Of a stretch of DNA of 64,000 nt, positions 51,928 through 61,198 are shown in pieces. Within the stretch, counting starts at the first letter, position 1, and every line of letters begins with the position of its first letter. The position numbers were made by a program, and so were the translations under genes. The DNA lies in the IMG/VR virus record IMGVR_UViG_3300034018_003010; one strand, written 5' to 3'. This DNA is from a virus. Below the pieces are notes generated by a model that was not told where the DNA came from, did no database searches, and saw only the letters and a list, made by a program, of their open reading frames with translations.

Positions 51928-54543
51928 ATGGACCAAGATGTATCAAAAACTTCAAATGCAAGTAGCTTAAATTCCAATACTGCTATTAAGTTTGTAGGAA
52001 TTTCTTCTGGTGCAAGCACTATAACATTAGGATTGAATGGTTTATCTGGAACAGCTACAGATACAATACTTTCTTATACAACTAACACAGATGAAACAAT
52101 TAGTATATCTAGTGGAATTGTCAGAACAACAAAACTTGTAGTTAAAACATCAGAAATAAATGCTCAAGAATGGCAAACATTATCTGGAAATATAGTAGCT
52201 TCAATTAATAACAGTGGATATTTTGCTGGATTTTTAGCATCTGGCGTTGTTAATTCAGAGTCGGTTTTATCTGGAAGCATAGGAACAAACCAACTTGCTT
52301 CGGGAGTTTTGCAATCAGTTCCTGCAAATATTCAATCTGGACAAATTACAAGTGGATATTTGGGGAATTCATCTGTTAATAACATAAACATAAATAGCGG
52401 AACAATTTCAAATGATAAACTTGCAAATAACACAATAACAATTGCTGGAAGTTCTACTGCTTTAGGCGGTTCTTGGGCTGCAGCGGCTCTAACAACGGCA
52501 AGCGGATTGCTAGCTGGAACATTCTACCCAAGCGGCGCATTGACTATCGGAATTGCTTCTGGCGGTGTAGCATCCCAAATGGTTGCAGATAATGCAATTA
52601 TTAGCGGTAAAGTTGCATCTGGTAGTTTAACAACAAATGCATTTGCAAGTGGAACAACATTTGGAACTAACATAACTTCTGGATACATTACTAGTGGATA
52701 TTTAGGTAATAATTCCGTTATAAGCGGATCTGTTGGCTCTGGACAAATTGGAATATATCATTTAGCATCTGGAACAATAAGTACAGCATTGCTTGGATCG
52801 GGACAAATAGTAAGCGGAAACATTGCCTCTGGTCAGATTGGTGCAAACCATCTCGCATCTGGTGTGATGTTCACACTAAACTCAGGTTCAGTAAACAGTG
52901 GAAATATCGCCAACGAAGCAGTAGTAAGTGGATCAATAGCAAGTGGCACAATATCCCAACAGCATACAAATACTTATTTCGAATTGCCTAAGAAGGGTGT
53001 AGGATCTAGCGGTTTCTTTTCTTATGCTTTAGGAGAAGGAACTTATGCTTCTGGCACAAGTTCCATTTGTATAGGAGCATTGGCTGGTGTCGGAGTCTAT
53101 AATATATCTTTTGGTAATAATTTTATTGGTTTTGGCGCAGGATACAGCAGTGGAAACGTCCAATATAAACAATTTAATGTAGGTGTAGGAAACTGGGCCG
53201 CAACCAATAATGGTTATAGCTGTACTGCCATTGGTAGTCAAGCACAATACAAATCCGGTAATTATTCAATAGCTATTGGTGCAGAAGTTAATCAGGCGAA
53301 TGAATCTTACTTTAGTGGTAGAACTACAGCTTTAACTCAAATCGGTCTAAATATATCAAATGCCAGAACATTGATTTATGGTTTGGCTAATTTTCCTCAT
53401 GGAATTAATGTTACCAATACATTAGGCGTTCTTAAAGCATACATGTCATCTGGCGGCGAGATATTCGGAACATTAGCGTCTGGATTAGTGGTATCAGGAA
53501 GCGTTGCCTCTGGCCAGATTGGTATTAACCACCTTGCTTCTGGTGTATTAGCAAGCCCAACAATTCTATCTGGAACAATTGTTTCAGGACTAATTGGAAA
53601 CAACGCTGTAAATTCAGGCAATGTTTCTTCGGGTTCTATTGATTCTATGCACATAGCTGATGGTGCTGTTGCATCTGGTGATATCGCTGCGAATTCAATT
53701 GGCAGTCCACACATACTTTCTGGAAGTATATTAAACAACAGTCTTGCAAATCCAACAGTAACAATTGCAGGAAGTTCTACTGCTCTTGGTGCTTCTTGGG
53801 CTGCTGCTGCATTAACAACATCTAGTGGTTTGCTAGCTGGAACATTCTACCCAAGTGGCGCATTAACAATAGGAATTGCTTCTGGTGGTTTGTTGCCACA
53901 AATGTTTGGATCTGGTTCAATATTGAGCGGAAGTGTTGCTTCTGGACAAATTGGTCCAGATCATTTATCAAGCGGTGCGTTAGGAATCGCTGGAACTTCT
54001 GGCATGTTGCAATTTAACAATGGTGGTGTGTTTGGTGCTACATCTGGCTTAAATTACTCGATGACAAGTGGAAACAACTTTGTTCATATGCAAGCGCAAA
54101 CCGCATTCAACACAACATTGGCAGTCAAAGCAGCATCTGGTCAAATAACAAACTTGCAATCATGGACAAACACAAGCGGCAGTGCATTAGCTTACATGGA
54201 TGCATCTGGAAATTTCTTTGCTGTTAGCAAAAGCTTTTTAATTAATCATCCAAATAAACCCGGCAAAAAATTACGCCATGTTTCTTTGGAAGGTCCGTCT
54301 GCTGATGTTTATTTCAGAGGAAAGAGTAGTTCAAATACATTTATTTTGCCAGATTATTGGAAAAATTTAGTTGATGAAAACAATATTGATATAATATTAA
54401 TACCAATAGGAAGCAAACAATCATTATATGTTGAAAAAATAGAAAATTTAATAGTGCATGTTGGTGGATGTGAAAAACCATATTATACATTTTTGGCTAT
54501 AGCAGAAAGAATTGATATGTCTAAAATTGTAGTGGAGGAATAA
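51928..54543 (+). CDS. Ser-Gly repeat fibre-like protein with YadA-like beta-roll segment and KSF..HP C-domain
   Basis: S..IG..A / AIG..A repeats; C-terminal about 250 aa paralogous to 44193..51887; TATAAATA and SD agga upstream. Confidence 0.85.
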   Translation: MDQDVSKTSNASSLNSNTAIKFVGISSGASTITLGLNGLSGTATDTILSYTTNTDETISISSGIVRTTKLVVKTSEINAQEWQTLSGNIVASINNSGYFAGFLASGVVNSESVLSGSIGTNQLASGVLQSVPANIQSGQITSGYLGNSSVNNININSGTISNDKLANNTITIAGSSTALGGSWAAAALTTASGLLAGTFYPSGALTIGIASGGVASQMVADNAIISGKVASGSLTTNAFASGTTFGTNITSGYITSGYLGNNSVISGSVGSGQIGIYHLASGTISTALLGSGQIVSGNIASGQIGANHLASGVMFTLNSGSVNSGNIANEAVVSGSIASGTISQQHTNTYFELPKKGVGSSGFFSYALGEGTYASGTSSICIGALAGVGVYNISFGNNFIGFGAGYSSGNVQYKQFNVGVGNWAATNNGYSCTAIGSQAQYKSGNYSIAIGAEVNQANESYFSGRTTALTQIGLNISNARTLIYGLANFPHGINVTNTLGVLKAYMSSGGEIFGTLASGLVVSGSVASGQIGINHLASGVLASPTILSGTIVSGLIGNNAVNSGNVSSGSIDSMHIADGAVASGDIAANSIGSPHILSGSILNNSLANPTVTIAGSSTALGASWAAAALTTSSGLLAGTFYPSGALTIGIASGGLLPQMFGSGSILSGSVASGQIGPDHLSSGALGIAGTSGMLQFNNGGVFGATSGLNYSMTSGNNFVHMQAQTAFNTTLAVKAASGQITNLQSWTNTSGSALAYMDASGNFFAVSKSFLINHPNKPGKKLRHVSLEGPSADVYFRGKSSSNTFILPDYWKNLVDENNIDIILIPIGSKQSLYVEKIENLIVHVGGCEKPYYTFLAIAERIDMSKIVVEE

Positions 54544-55229
54544 TGGGAATATATTATAATACATCAATTATAGTAAATGGCGTGGTTTTAGGCATAGACA
54601 TAGCTAATCCAAGATCATATCCTAGGTCTGGAAATACAATTGCAGACTTTTTGAACCCCTCGTCCACTTACACAATTGCTGGAACTGCTAATTTTAACGC
54701 TGGATCAGGTGGTAATATTATATTTGATGGATCTACAAATTATGTTAATTTTACTGCTCCAAATTTAGGAACAACTACAACTGTTGAAATGTGGATGGCT
54801 TTGGGTGCTGGATATAGTGGTAAAATGCCTTTTGGCTGGTTTAGATATTCTGTGTGGTGCGGATCTGGAGGAATGGGATTCAACACAGGCAACAGCGACA
54901 TGTACGGCATTAATTCAACCACCGTTTCTAATCTTGGATTAGTTGGCAATCCAAGACATTATGTTTTTGAGATGCGAAGCGATGTTTCTTACATTAATAA
55001 TAAAATGTATATCAATGGTGTTTCACAAAGTTTATCACAACAATTAGCTACAGAATTATCTGGACAGAGAAATTTCAATAGCGGAGTTGGAAGAATATCT
55101 GGCTGGACTGATACTGCAGGATATGACATGCCAATGAGTTTGTCAACATTTAAAATTTACAACAGAGCTTTAACTCAAGCAGAAATAAATACTAATTTTA
55201 ATGCATTGCGAGGAAGGTTTGGTGTTTGA
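54543..55229 (+). CDS. LamG/ConA-like domain protein 1
   Basis: D.ANPRSYP, FDGSTNYV, KIYNRALT..EI..NFNALRGRFG; TAATG overlap. Confidence 0.85.
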   Translation: MGIYYNTSIIVNGVVLGIDIANPRSYPRSGNTIADFLNPSSTYTIAGTANFNAGSGGNIIFDGSTNYVNFTAPNLGTTTTVEMWMALGAGYSGKMPFGWFRYSVWCGSGGMGFNTGNSDMYGINSTTVSNLGLVGNPRHYVFEMRSDVSYINNKMYINGVSQSLSQQLATELSGQRNFNSGVGRISGWTDTAGYDMPMSLSTFKIYNRALTQAEINTNFNALRGRFGV

Positions 55230-55888
55230 TGGGTTTGGCGCATTATCCTTCAATAGTATCAAATAGTTTGGCGCTTCTTGTAGACGCTGCCAACCGCAAA
55301 AGCTATTCTGGCTCTGGTACTAATTTATATGATATTAGTGGGAATAATAATACTGGAACGCTGGTAAATAGCGTAGGATTCAGTTCGGCAAATGGAGGAA
55401 TCCTAACATTCAATGGAAGCAATCAAAGAGTATCCACAACATTTAAGCCTAGCGGTGCAAGAAGTTATTTTATTTGGGTGAAATACAACTCTATAACAGG
55501 ATTACCGGCTGGATATAGCTTAACTGGAACACAGGAAGTAAATGCATATAATTATATTGGCATATCTGATGGTGGTTATTTTTATTATTACGCAGGCACA
55601 ACAGGGAATCAATTTAACAGTGTAGTTCTTAGCACAAATACTTGGTATCAACAAGGTTTTGTATTAAATTCTGATGGGTCGAGAACATTATATTTAAACG
55701 GCAGCGCTATCGCAACCGAAGCTGGAGGAATTGGAGTTACCTCTACATCTGAATTTTCAATTGGATGTATAAATCAAAGCCACTGGGTGAATGGGTCAAT
55801 TTCTGTTGTTACACAATACGGTCGTGCTTTAAGTTCAGCAGAAGTATTGCAAAACTTCAACGCATATAGAGGGAGGTTTGGCATATGA
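55229..55888 (+). CDS. LamG/ConA-like domain protein 2 (ATG 55229)
   Basis: DAANRKSYSGSG, YGRALS..EVLQNFNAYRGRFG; TGATG overlap. Confidence 0.85.
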   Translation: MGLAHYPSIVSNSLALLVDAANRKSYSGSGTNLYDISGNNNTGTLVNSVGFSSANGGILTFNGSNQRVSTTFKPSGARSYFIWVKYNSITGLPAGYSLTGTQEVNAYNYIGISDGGYFYYYAGTTGNQFNSVVLSTNTWYQQGFVLNSDGSRTLYLNGSAIATEAGGIGVTSTSEFSIGCINQSHWVNGSISVVTQYGRALSSAEVLQNFNAYRGRFGI

Positions 55889-56556
55889 CAGCAGCAGCAG
55901 GGCCAGATGTAGTAGAAGATGGATTAGTTTTAAGTTTAGATGCAGCAAATGGTAAAAGCTATCCGGGTAGCGGAACCACTTGGACTGACCTAAGCGGGAA
56001 TGGCAATACAGGCACTTTAACTAACGGACCTACATACAGTTCATCTAATAATGGATCTATCGTTTTTGATGGTGTAGACGATTACATAACTACATCGAAT
56101 AATCAAAATCTTTTACCTACTGCTGGTTTGTCCATTTGTGCTTGGATTAAAACTAGCGTTGCTGATAAGTGGTGTGTAGACAAAACTCCTTCCGTTGGTG
56201 GTCAGGGCTATATTTTTGCAGGTACTTCATTAAGCACTTGGGCTATGAATGTTAACAGCTCCTCAGTTCAATCTGTAAGCACATACACCTCAAACACTTG
56301 GAAGTTTATAGTTGGAACTTGGACTCCTTCTGCTAGTTTGAAGCTTTATTTTAATGGCGTTTTAGACGCTATAAACACAACCAGCATATCTGCAACTATA
56401 ACGGACCCATCCGTTGATTTATGGATAGCAAGAAGAAGAAGTGGCGGTGATTATTTTAACGGAAGTATATCTAATATTAGTATTTATTCTGTAGCCCTAA
56501 CAGACGCACAAGTTATCCAAAACTACAACGCATTAAGAGGAAGATTTGGATTATAA
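55885..56556 (+). CDS. LamG/ConA-like domain protein 3
   Basis: GLVLSLDAAN.KSYPGSGTTWTDLSG, FDGVDDY, QNYNALRGRFG; ATGA overlap. Confidence 0.88.
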   Translation: MTAAAGPDVVEDGLVLSLDAANGKSYPGSGTTWTDLSGNGNTGTLTNGPTYSSSNNGSIVFDGVDDYITTSNNQNLLPTAGLSICAWIKTSVADKWCVDKTPSVGGQGYIFAGTSLSTWAMNVNSSSVQSVSTYTSNTWKFIVGTWTPSASLKLYFNGVLDAINTTSISATITDPSVDLWIARRRSGGDYFNGSISNISIYSVALTDAQVIQNYNALRGRFGL

Positions 56557-56595
56557 GATAATTATTAGAACCATAAATAAATTAAAGAGGTTAAA

Positions 56596-59500
56596 ATGCC
56601 ACAAGATATTTTGATTACACCAAATAAGGGAAGCAATAATTCGGGCGGCAAAATTGAATTCACAGGTTTGAATTCAGGTGCCGGTACTATTACTTTAAGA
56701 GTTTTAAACGATTCCGCCTTGTCATTCGAAGGGTCTGCTGGTCAGTTATTTTCAATTAATAATGTTCTAAGTAGTGGTACAATATTTTCTGTTAATGATG
56801 TTTCTGGCATTCCAAGCCTTGATATAAATTCAAGTGGTTTAATTAGACTAGCTCCATTTACTGGTGTTGTTCAAACAAACACAATGATTGTTCAGGCTAA
56901 TCCACAATCTGGCACACAGAACATGATGGAATTTAGGAATGCAAGCGGAACTGCAGTAGCCTCGGTCAATACAAGTGGCATGTTTGCTGGTTCTTTATCA
57001 TCTGGAATTGTGCTTTCAGGAAACATTGCTTCGGGACAAATTGGGGTAAACCATTTCGCTTCTGGTGCTATAAATTCAGTTGGAATTGCATCAGGACAAG
57101 TAAATTCAGGCAACATCGCTTCGGGTTCTGTTAGTCAATTTAAGCTGTCTTCTGGCTCTGTAAACTCAGGTCAAATTAATAATAATGCAGTTGTTTCTGG
57201 AAGTATAGCTTCTGGACAAATTGGTCATGCTCATCTTTCATCTGGATTAATCAATAGTGGAAAAATAGGAGATAATGCTGTTGTATCTGGCAGCATTGCT
57301 TCTGGAAGCGTTGGAAATTTCCACATCGCTTCAGGAGCAATTACAAGCGGAGACATTGGTAACTTTGCAGTAGTCAACACAAGTATTTCTAGTGGAACAA
57401 TTGCAAATGATAAGCTTATAAACAGCGCTATAACAATCGCAGGAAGCAGCACTGCTCTAGGCGGTTCTTGGTCGCCGCAAGCTTTGACAACAGGAAGTGG
57501 ATTGTTAGCTGGAACATTCTACCCAAGTGGTGCTTTAACAATCGGTATCGCTTCTGGTGGTATTACGAGTCAGTTAATTGCTGATGGAGCAATTAATTCG
57601 GGAGAAATTGCTTCTGGTCAAATTGGGTTAAACCATTTGGCAAGTGGTGTTTTAGCAAATGCAATACTTGGTTCAGGACAAGTTGTATCTGGAAACATAG
57701 CTTCTGGTCAAATTGGAACATTCCATTTGGCTAATGGAGCAGTTTTGTCTGGAGATATTGGTGCAAATGTTATTGGTTCTCCACATATTTTGGCTGGTTC
57801 TATTGCTAACGCCAGTCTTGCAACAAGTACAATAACAATTGCTGGAAGTTCTACTGCTTTGGGTGCTTCTTGGGCTGCTCAGGCTTTAACAACAGCAAGT
57901 GGATTACTAGCCGGAACATTCTACCCAAGCGGTGCATTAACAATCGGTATTGCTTCTGGTGGTATTACAAGTCAGTTAATTGCTGATGGTGCTGTGGCAT
58001 CTGGCGAAATTGCTTCAGGTCAAATTGGACTAAACCATTTAGCAAGTGGTGTTTTGGCAAATGCAATACTTGGTTCAGGACAAGTTGTATCTGGAAACAT
58101 AGCTTCTGGTCAAATTGGAACATTCCATTTGGCTAATGGAGCCGTACTTTCTGGAGATATTGGTGCTAATGTTATTGGAAGTCCTCATATTCTTGCTGGT
58201 TCTATTGCTAATGCAAGTCTTGCAACAAGTACAATTACAATAGCTGGAAGCTCTACTGCTCTTGGCGCATCTTGGGCTGCAGCAGCTTTAACTACTGCTA
58301 GTGGTTTACTAGCCGGAACATTCTACCCAAGTGGTGCATTAACAATTGGTATTGCTTCTGGTGGTGTTGCTAACCAAATGATTGCTGATGGTGCAATTAC
58401 TAGTGGCAAAATTGCAAGTGGACAAATTGGGGCAAACCACTTGGCTTCTGGTGTAATTGGAACAGTAACTTTAACATCTGGGCAGGTTGTTAGCGGAAAC
58501 ATTGGCAACAATGCTGTAAATTCTGGAAATATCGCTTCTGGAGTTATTGGAACAGGACATCTTTCTAGCGGTGCAGTAATAGGAAAAGCAAATACCGTTC
58601 CTACCACTGGAACAAACAATGCAAGTGGAATGTTTCAAATTACATTCGCAAGTGGTAATGCTGGTAATTCTTCGATGTATGTTTGCTCTGGTTTCTTTTA
58701 CAATCCAGCTATGAGAATGTTATTTATCGGATGTCCCGATAACGGAGGTACTTTTAGTGGCGGCATACACCTTTGGACTGGTTATAATTCAGGATTTATA
58801 AACAACACTTTGATAGGTCTTGGTGCTGGATTTGGTTCCGTAGACCATGAAATGTCAACTTTAATAGGAGCTGGTGCTGGGGCGAGTGGCAAAACAAAGT
58901 GGTGCGTTGGTTTAGGCGATTCTGCGCTACTTATGTGCAGTGGAAACGCAGATGTAGCCATAGGAGTTTCTTCTATGGCACAATCTGTAATTACGACATC
59001 ACAAGGACAAAATACAGCAGTAGGATATTTTTCTCTTAAAAATAGTCCTAAAGCTAATTATAATGTCGCAATTGGTACTAATTCATTAAATAACACTAAT
59101 TCTGGCTATCATGCAACTACAGCAGTGGGATTGGGTACAAAATCTTTTGGCGTTGGAATAGTTTCTGGTTCTATTTTTATTGGCACTTGGGCGATGGGAA
59201 TAGGAACTAAAAACGAAATAGTATGTGGATATCTTTCTTCTGGACACGGAGATGACACCATAACAATAGGAAATACACTTCATATTTCTGGTACAATTTT
59301 TGGAAACATAAATTTCCCATATGGAATTAGATTTCCTAGCGGTGGAGTGACATCTGGAGGTGTTTTTACAGCTTCTATTGGCTCAGGACTAATTCGAAGC
59401 GGTGCCATAGCATCAGGGCAAATTGGTGCAAATCATTTTGGTGCGGGAGCAATAACATCTGGATACTTCCTAAGAGCAGATGGAACCGGCATTCTATCTT

Positions 59501-60582
59501 GGGGAACAACTTCGGCAGCATCACTTACATCTGGGCAGGTTGTATCTGGTCTCATTGGCAACAATGCTGTAAATTCAGGAAATATAGCTTCTGGACAAAT
59601 TGGTAATTTCCATCTTGCTTCTGGTGCAGTTACTAGTGGAGATATTGGACAATTTGCCGTTTTAAATATTAATATTGTAAGTGGAACAGTAGCAAACGAT
59701 AAACTTACCAACAGTGCAATAACAATCGCTGGAAGTTCAACTGCTTTGGGCGGTTCTTGGGCTGCTCAGGCTTTAACTACAGCAAGCGGCTTGTTGGCTG
59801 GAACATTCTACCCAAGTGGTGCCTTAACCATCGGTATTGCAACGGCAGGCGTAGTAAACGCTATGATTGCTTCTGGAGCAGTAACATCTGGAAATATCGC
59901 TTCTGGAAGCATTGGAACATTCCATCTTGCTAATGGTGCGGTAGTATCTGGAGATATTGGTGCTAATATTATCGGAAGTCCACATATTCTTGCAGGAAGT
60001 ATAGCAAATGCTAGCTTGACAAATAGCTCTATAACAATTGCAGGAAGCTCTACTGCTCTTGGTGGTTCATGGGCTGCAGCGGCTTTAACTACAGCTAGTG
60101 GTTTGTTAGCAGGAACTTATGTTCCATCTGGTGCCTTAACCATCGGTATTGCAACGGCAGGCGTAGTAAACGCCATGATTGCTTCTGGAGCAGTAACATC
60201 TGGAAATATAGCTTCAGGACAGGTTGGTAATAATGCACTAACAAGCACAATTGCCGACAAGACGATTGTTGGAGATGTTCAGGCAATAAATTATCAATCT
60301 GGCGCTTATACACTTGTTTCTGGGGATGCTGGAAAGCTAATTACAATAAATAGTGTAAGTACAGCTAATTTAACAATTCCAACAAATGCAAGCGTTCCAA
60401 TGACAATAGGAACACACATTGACTTTATTCAGTTGGGAGCAGGTCAAGTTACAATTAGTGGAAATATTGGTGTAACTATAAATTATACTCCTGGAAATAA
60501 ACTTAGAACTCAGTATGCCGGTGCATCGGTTATTAAAATTGGAACCGATACTTGGTGTTTGGTTGGAGATATTTCAGCTTAA
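56596..60582 (+). CDS. 1328-aa Ser-Gly repeat fibre-like protein
   Basis: IASG repeats; five TIAGSSTALG modules; beta-roll N.A.G..S segment; C-terminal YTLV..DAGK...KLRTQY...DTW.LVGD domain; SD gaggt. Confidence 0.85.
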   Translation: MPQDILITPNKGSNNSGGKIEFTGLNSGAGTITLRVLNDSALSFEGSAGQLFSINNVLSSGTIFSVNDVSGIPSLDINSSGLIRLAPFTGVVQTNTMIVQANPQSGTQNMMEFRNASGTAVASVNTSGMFAGSLSSGIVLSGNIASGQIGVNHFASGAINSVGIASGQVNSGNIASGSVSQFKLSSGSVNSGQINNNAVVSGSIASGQIGHAHLSSGLINSGKIGDNAVVSGSIASGSVGNFHIASGAITSGDIGNFAVVNTSISSGTIANDKLINSAITIAGSSTALGGSWSPQALTTGSGLLAGTFYPSGALTIGIASGGITSQLIADGAINSGEIASGQIGLNHLASGVLANAILGSGQVVSGNIASGQIGTFHLANGAVLSGDIGANVIGSPHILAGSIANASLATSTITIAGSSTALGASWAAQALTTASGLLAGTFYPSGALTIGIASGGITSQLIADGAVASGEIASGQIGLNHLASGVLANAILGSGQVVSGNIASGQIGTFHLANGAVLSGDIGANVIGSPHILAGSIANASLATSTITIAGSSTALGASWAAAALTTASGLLAGTFYPSGALTIGIASGGVANQMIADGAITSGKIASGQIGANHLASGVIGTVTLTSGQVVSGNIGNNAVNSGNIASGVIGTGHLSSGAVIGKANTVPTTGTNNASGMFQITFASGNAGNSSMYVCSGFFYNPAMRMLFIGCPDNGGTFSGGIHLWTGYNSGFINNTLIGLGAGFGSVDHEMSTLIGAGAGASGKTKWCVGLGDSALLMCSGNADVAIGVSSMAQSVITTSQGQNTAVGYFSLKNSPKANYNVAIGTNSLNNTNSGYHATTAVGLGTKSFGVGIVSGSIFIGTWAMGIGTKNEIVCGYLSSGHGDDTITIGNTLHISGTIFGNINFPYGIRFPSGGVTSGGVFTASIGSGLIRSGAIASGQIGANHFGAGAITSGYFLRADGTGILSWGTTSAASLTSGQVVSGLIGNNAVNSGNIASGQIGNFHLASGAVTSGDIGQFAVLNINIVSGTVANDKLTNSAITIAGSSTALGGSWAAQALTTASGLLAGTFYPSGALTIGIATAGVVNAMIASGAVTSGNIASGSIGTFHLANGAVVSGDIGANIIGSPHILAGSIANASLTNSSITIAGSSTALGGSWAAAALTTASGLLAGTYVPSGALTIGIATAGVVNAMIASGAVTSGNIASGQVGNNALTSTIADKTIVGDVQAINYQSGAYTLVSGDAGKLITINSVSTANLTIPTNASVPMTIGTHIDFIQLGAGQVTISGNIGVTINYTPGNKLRTQYAGASVIKIGTDTWCLVGDISA
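57430..58370. repeat. 402-bp (134-aa) tandem duplication
   Basis: caaattgg...aaccattt..caagtggtgtt starts at 57619 and 58021. Confidence 0.85.
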
Positions 60583-60613
60583 TACTAGTTTAAATTTGAG
60601 GAACTATTAAAAA

Positions 60614-61108
60614 ATGAGAAGAGCTTTAGCGTTTGAAAGACCAGTTATTACAACTACAACTAGTACTACGCCAGTTGTTACAACTACAACTAGTACTACG
60701 CCACCAACACCAACACCAACACCTTCCCCTTCCCCTTCCCCTTCCCCTTCACCTTCACCTTCACCTTCGCCTTCCCCTTCACCTTCGCCTTCCCCTTCAC
60801 CTTCGCCAAGTCCTTCACCTTCGCCAAGTCCTTCTCCTACTCCATGTTGGGTAGCTAGAGAAATTTATGGCGAAAACAACCCTGAATGGGTATTGTTCCG
60901 TGAATGGTTGTTTAATGATGGTCCTACTTGGTTGCAAAAGACATATACAAAATATGGAGAAAGTTTTGCGAAACTAATAAAAAGAAGAAGTGTTATTAAG
61001 GCAAGCATTAAATTCTTTATGGATATGGTTATTAAAAATTCAAATGTCAAAAATGAATATGCAGAAAATGAAGTTAAAAACTATATGTTTAAAAAAAACA
61101 ACAAATAG
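60614..61108 (+). CDS. Thr/(SP)n-rich protein with C-terminal CWVAREIYG domain
   Basis: SD gagga; TTTTSTTP x2, long (SP)n, then CWVAREIYG...W..FREWL...Y..YGE.FA. Confidence 0.75.
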   Translation: MRRALAFERPVITTTTSTTPVVTTTTSTTPPTPTPTPSPSPSPSPSPSPSPSPSPSPSPSPSPSPSPSPSPSPSPTPCWVAREIYGENNPEWVLFREWLFNDGPTWLQKTYTKYGESFAKLIKRRSVIKASIKFFMDMVIKNSNVKNEYAENEVKNYMFKKNNK

Positions 61109-61127
61109 AAAATCTAGAATATCTTGA

Positions 61128-61166
61128 AAAATAGTGTGTTTCAAAAATTTTGAAACACACTATTTT
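61128..61166. terminator. 39-bp AT-rich palindrome (terminator or operator)
   Basis: aaaatagtgtgtttcaaaa-a-ttttgaaacacactatttt, perfect 19-bp arms. Confidence 0.6.
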
Positions 61167-61198
61167 ACTTTTACAAACAAATAAAACATGGAGCATAA

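Noticed and set aside
45902-60313. Short antisense ORFs within the Ser-Gly fibre genes
   Set aside because: They recur with the repeat period and mirror SG codons (PE/PL/PD); no independent signals
44193-60582. Diversity-generating retroelement among repeated fibre segments
   Set aside because: No reverse transcriptase in the window; differences between copies are mostly synonymous third positions rather than adenine-specific, and all copies are coding
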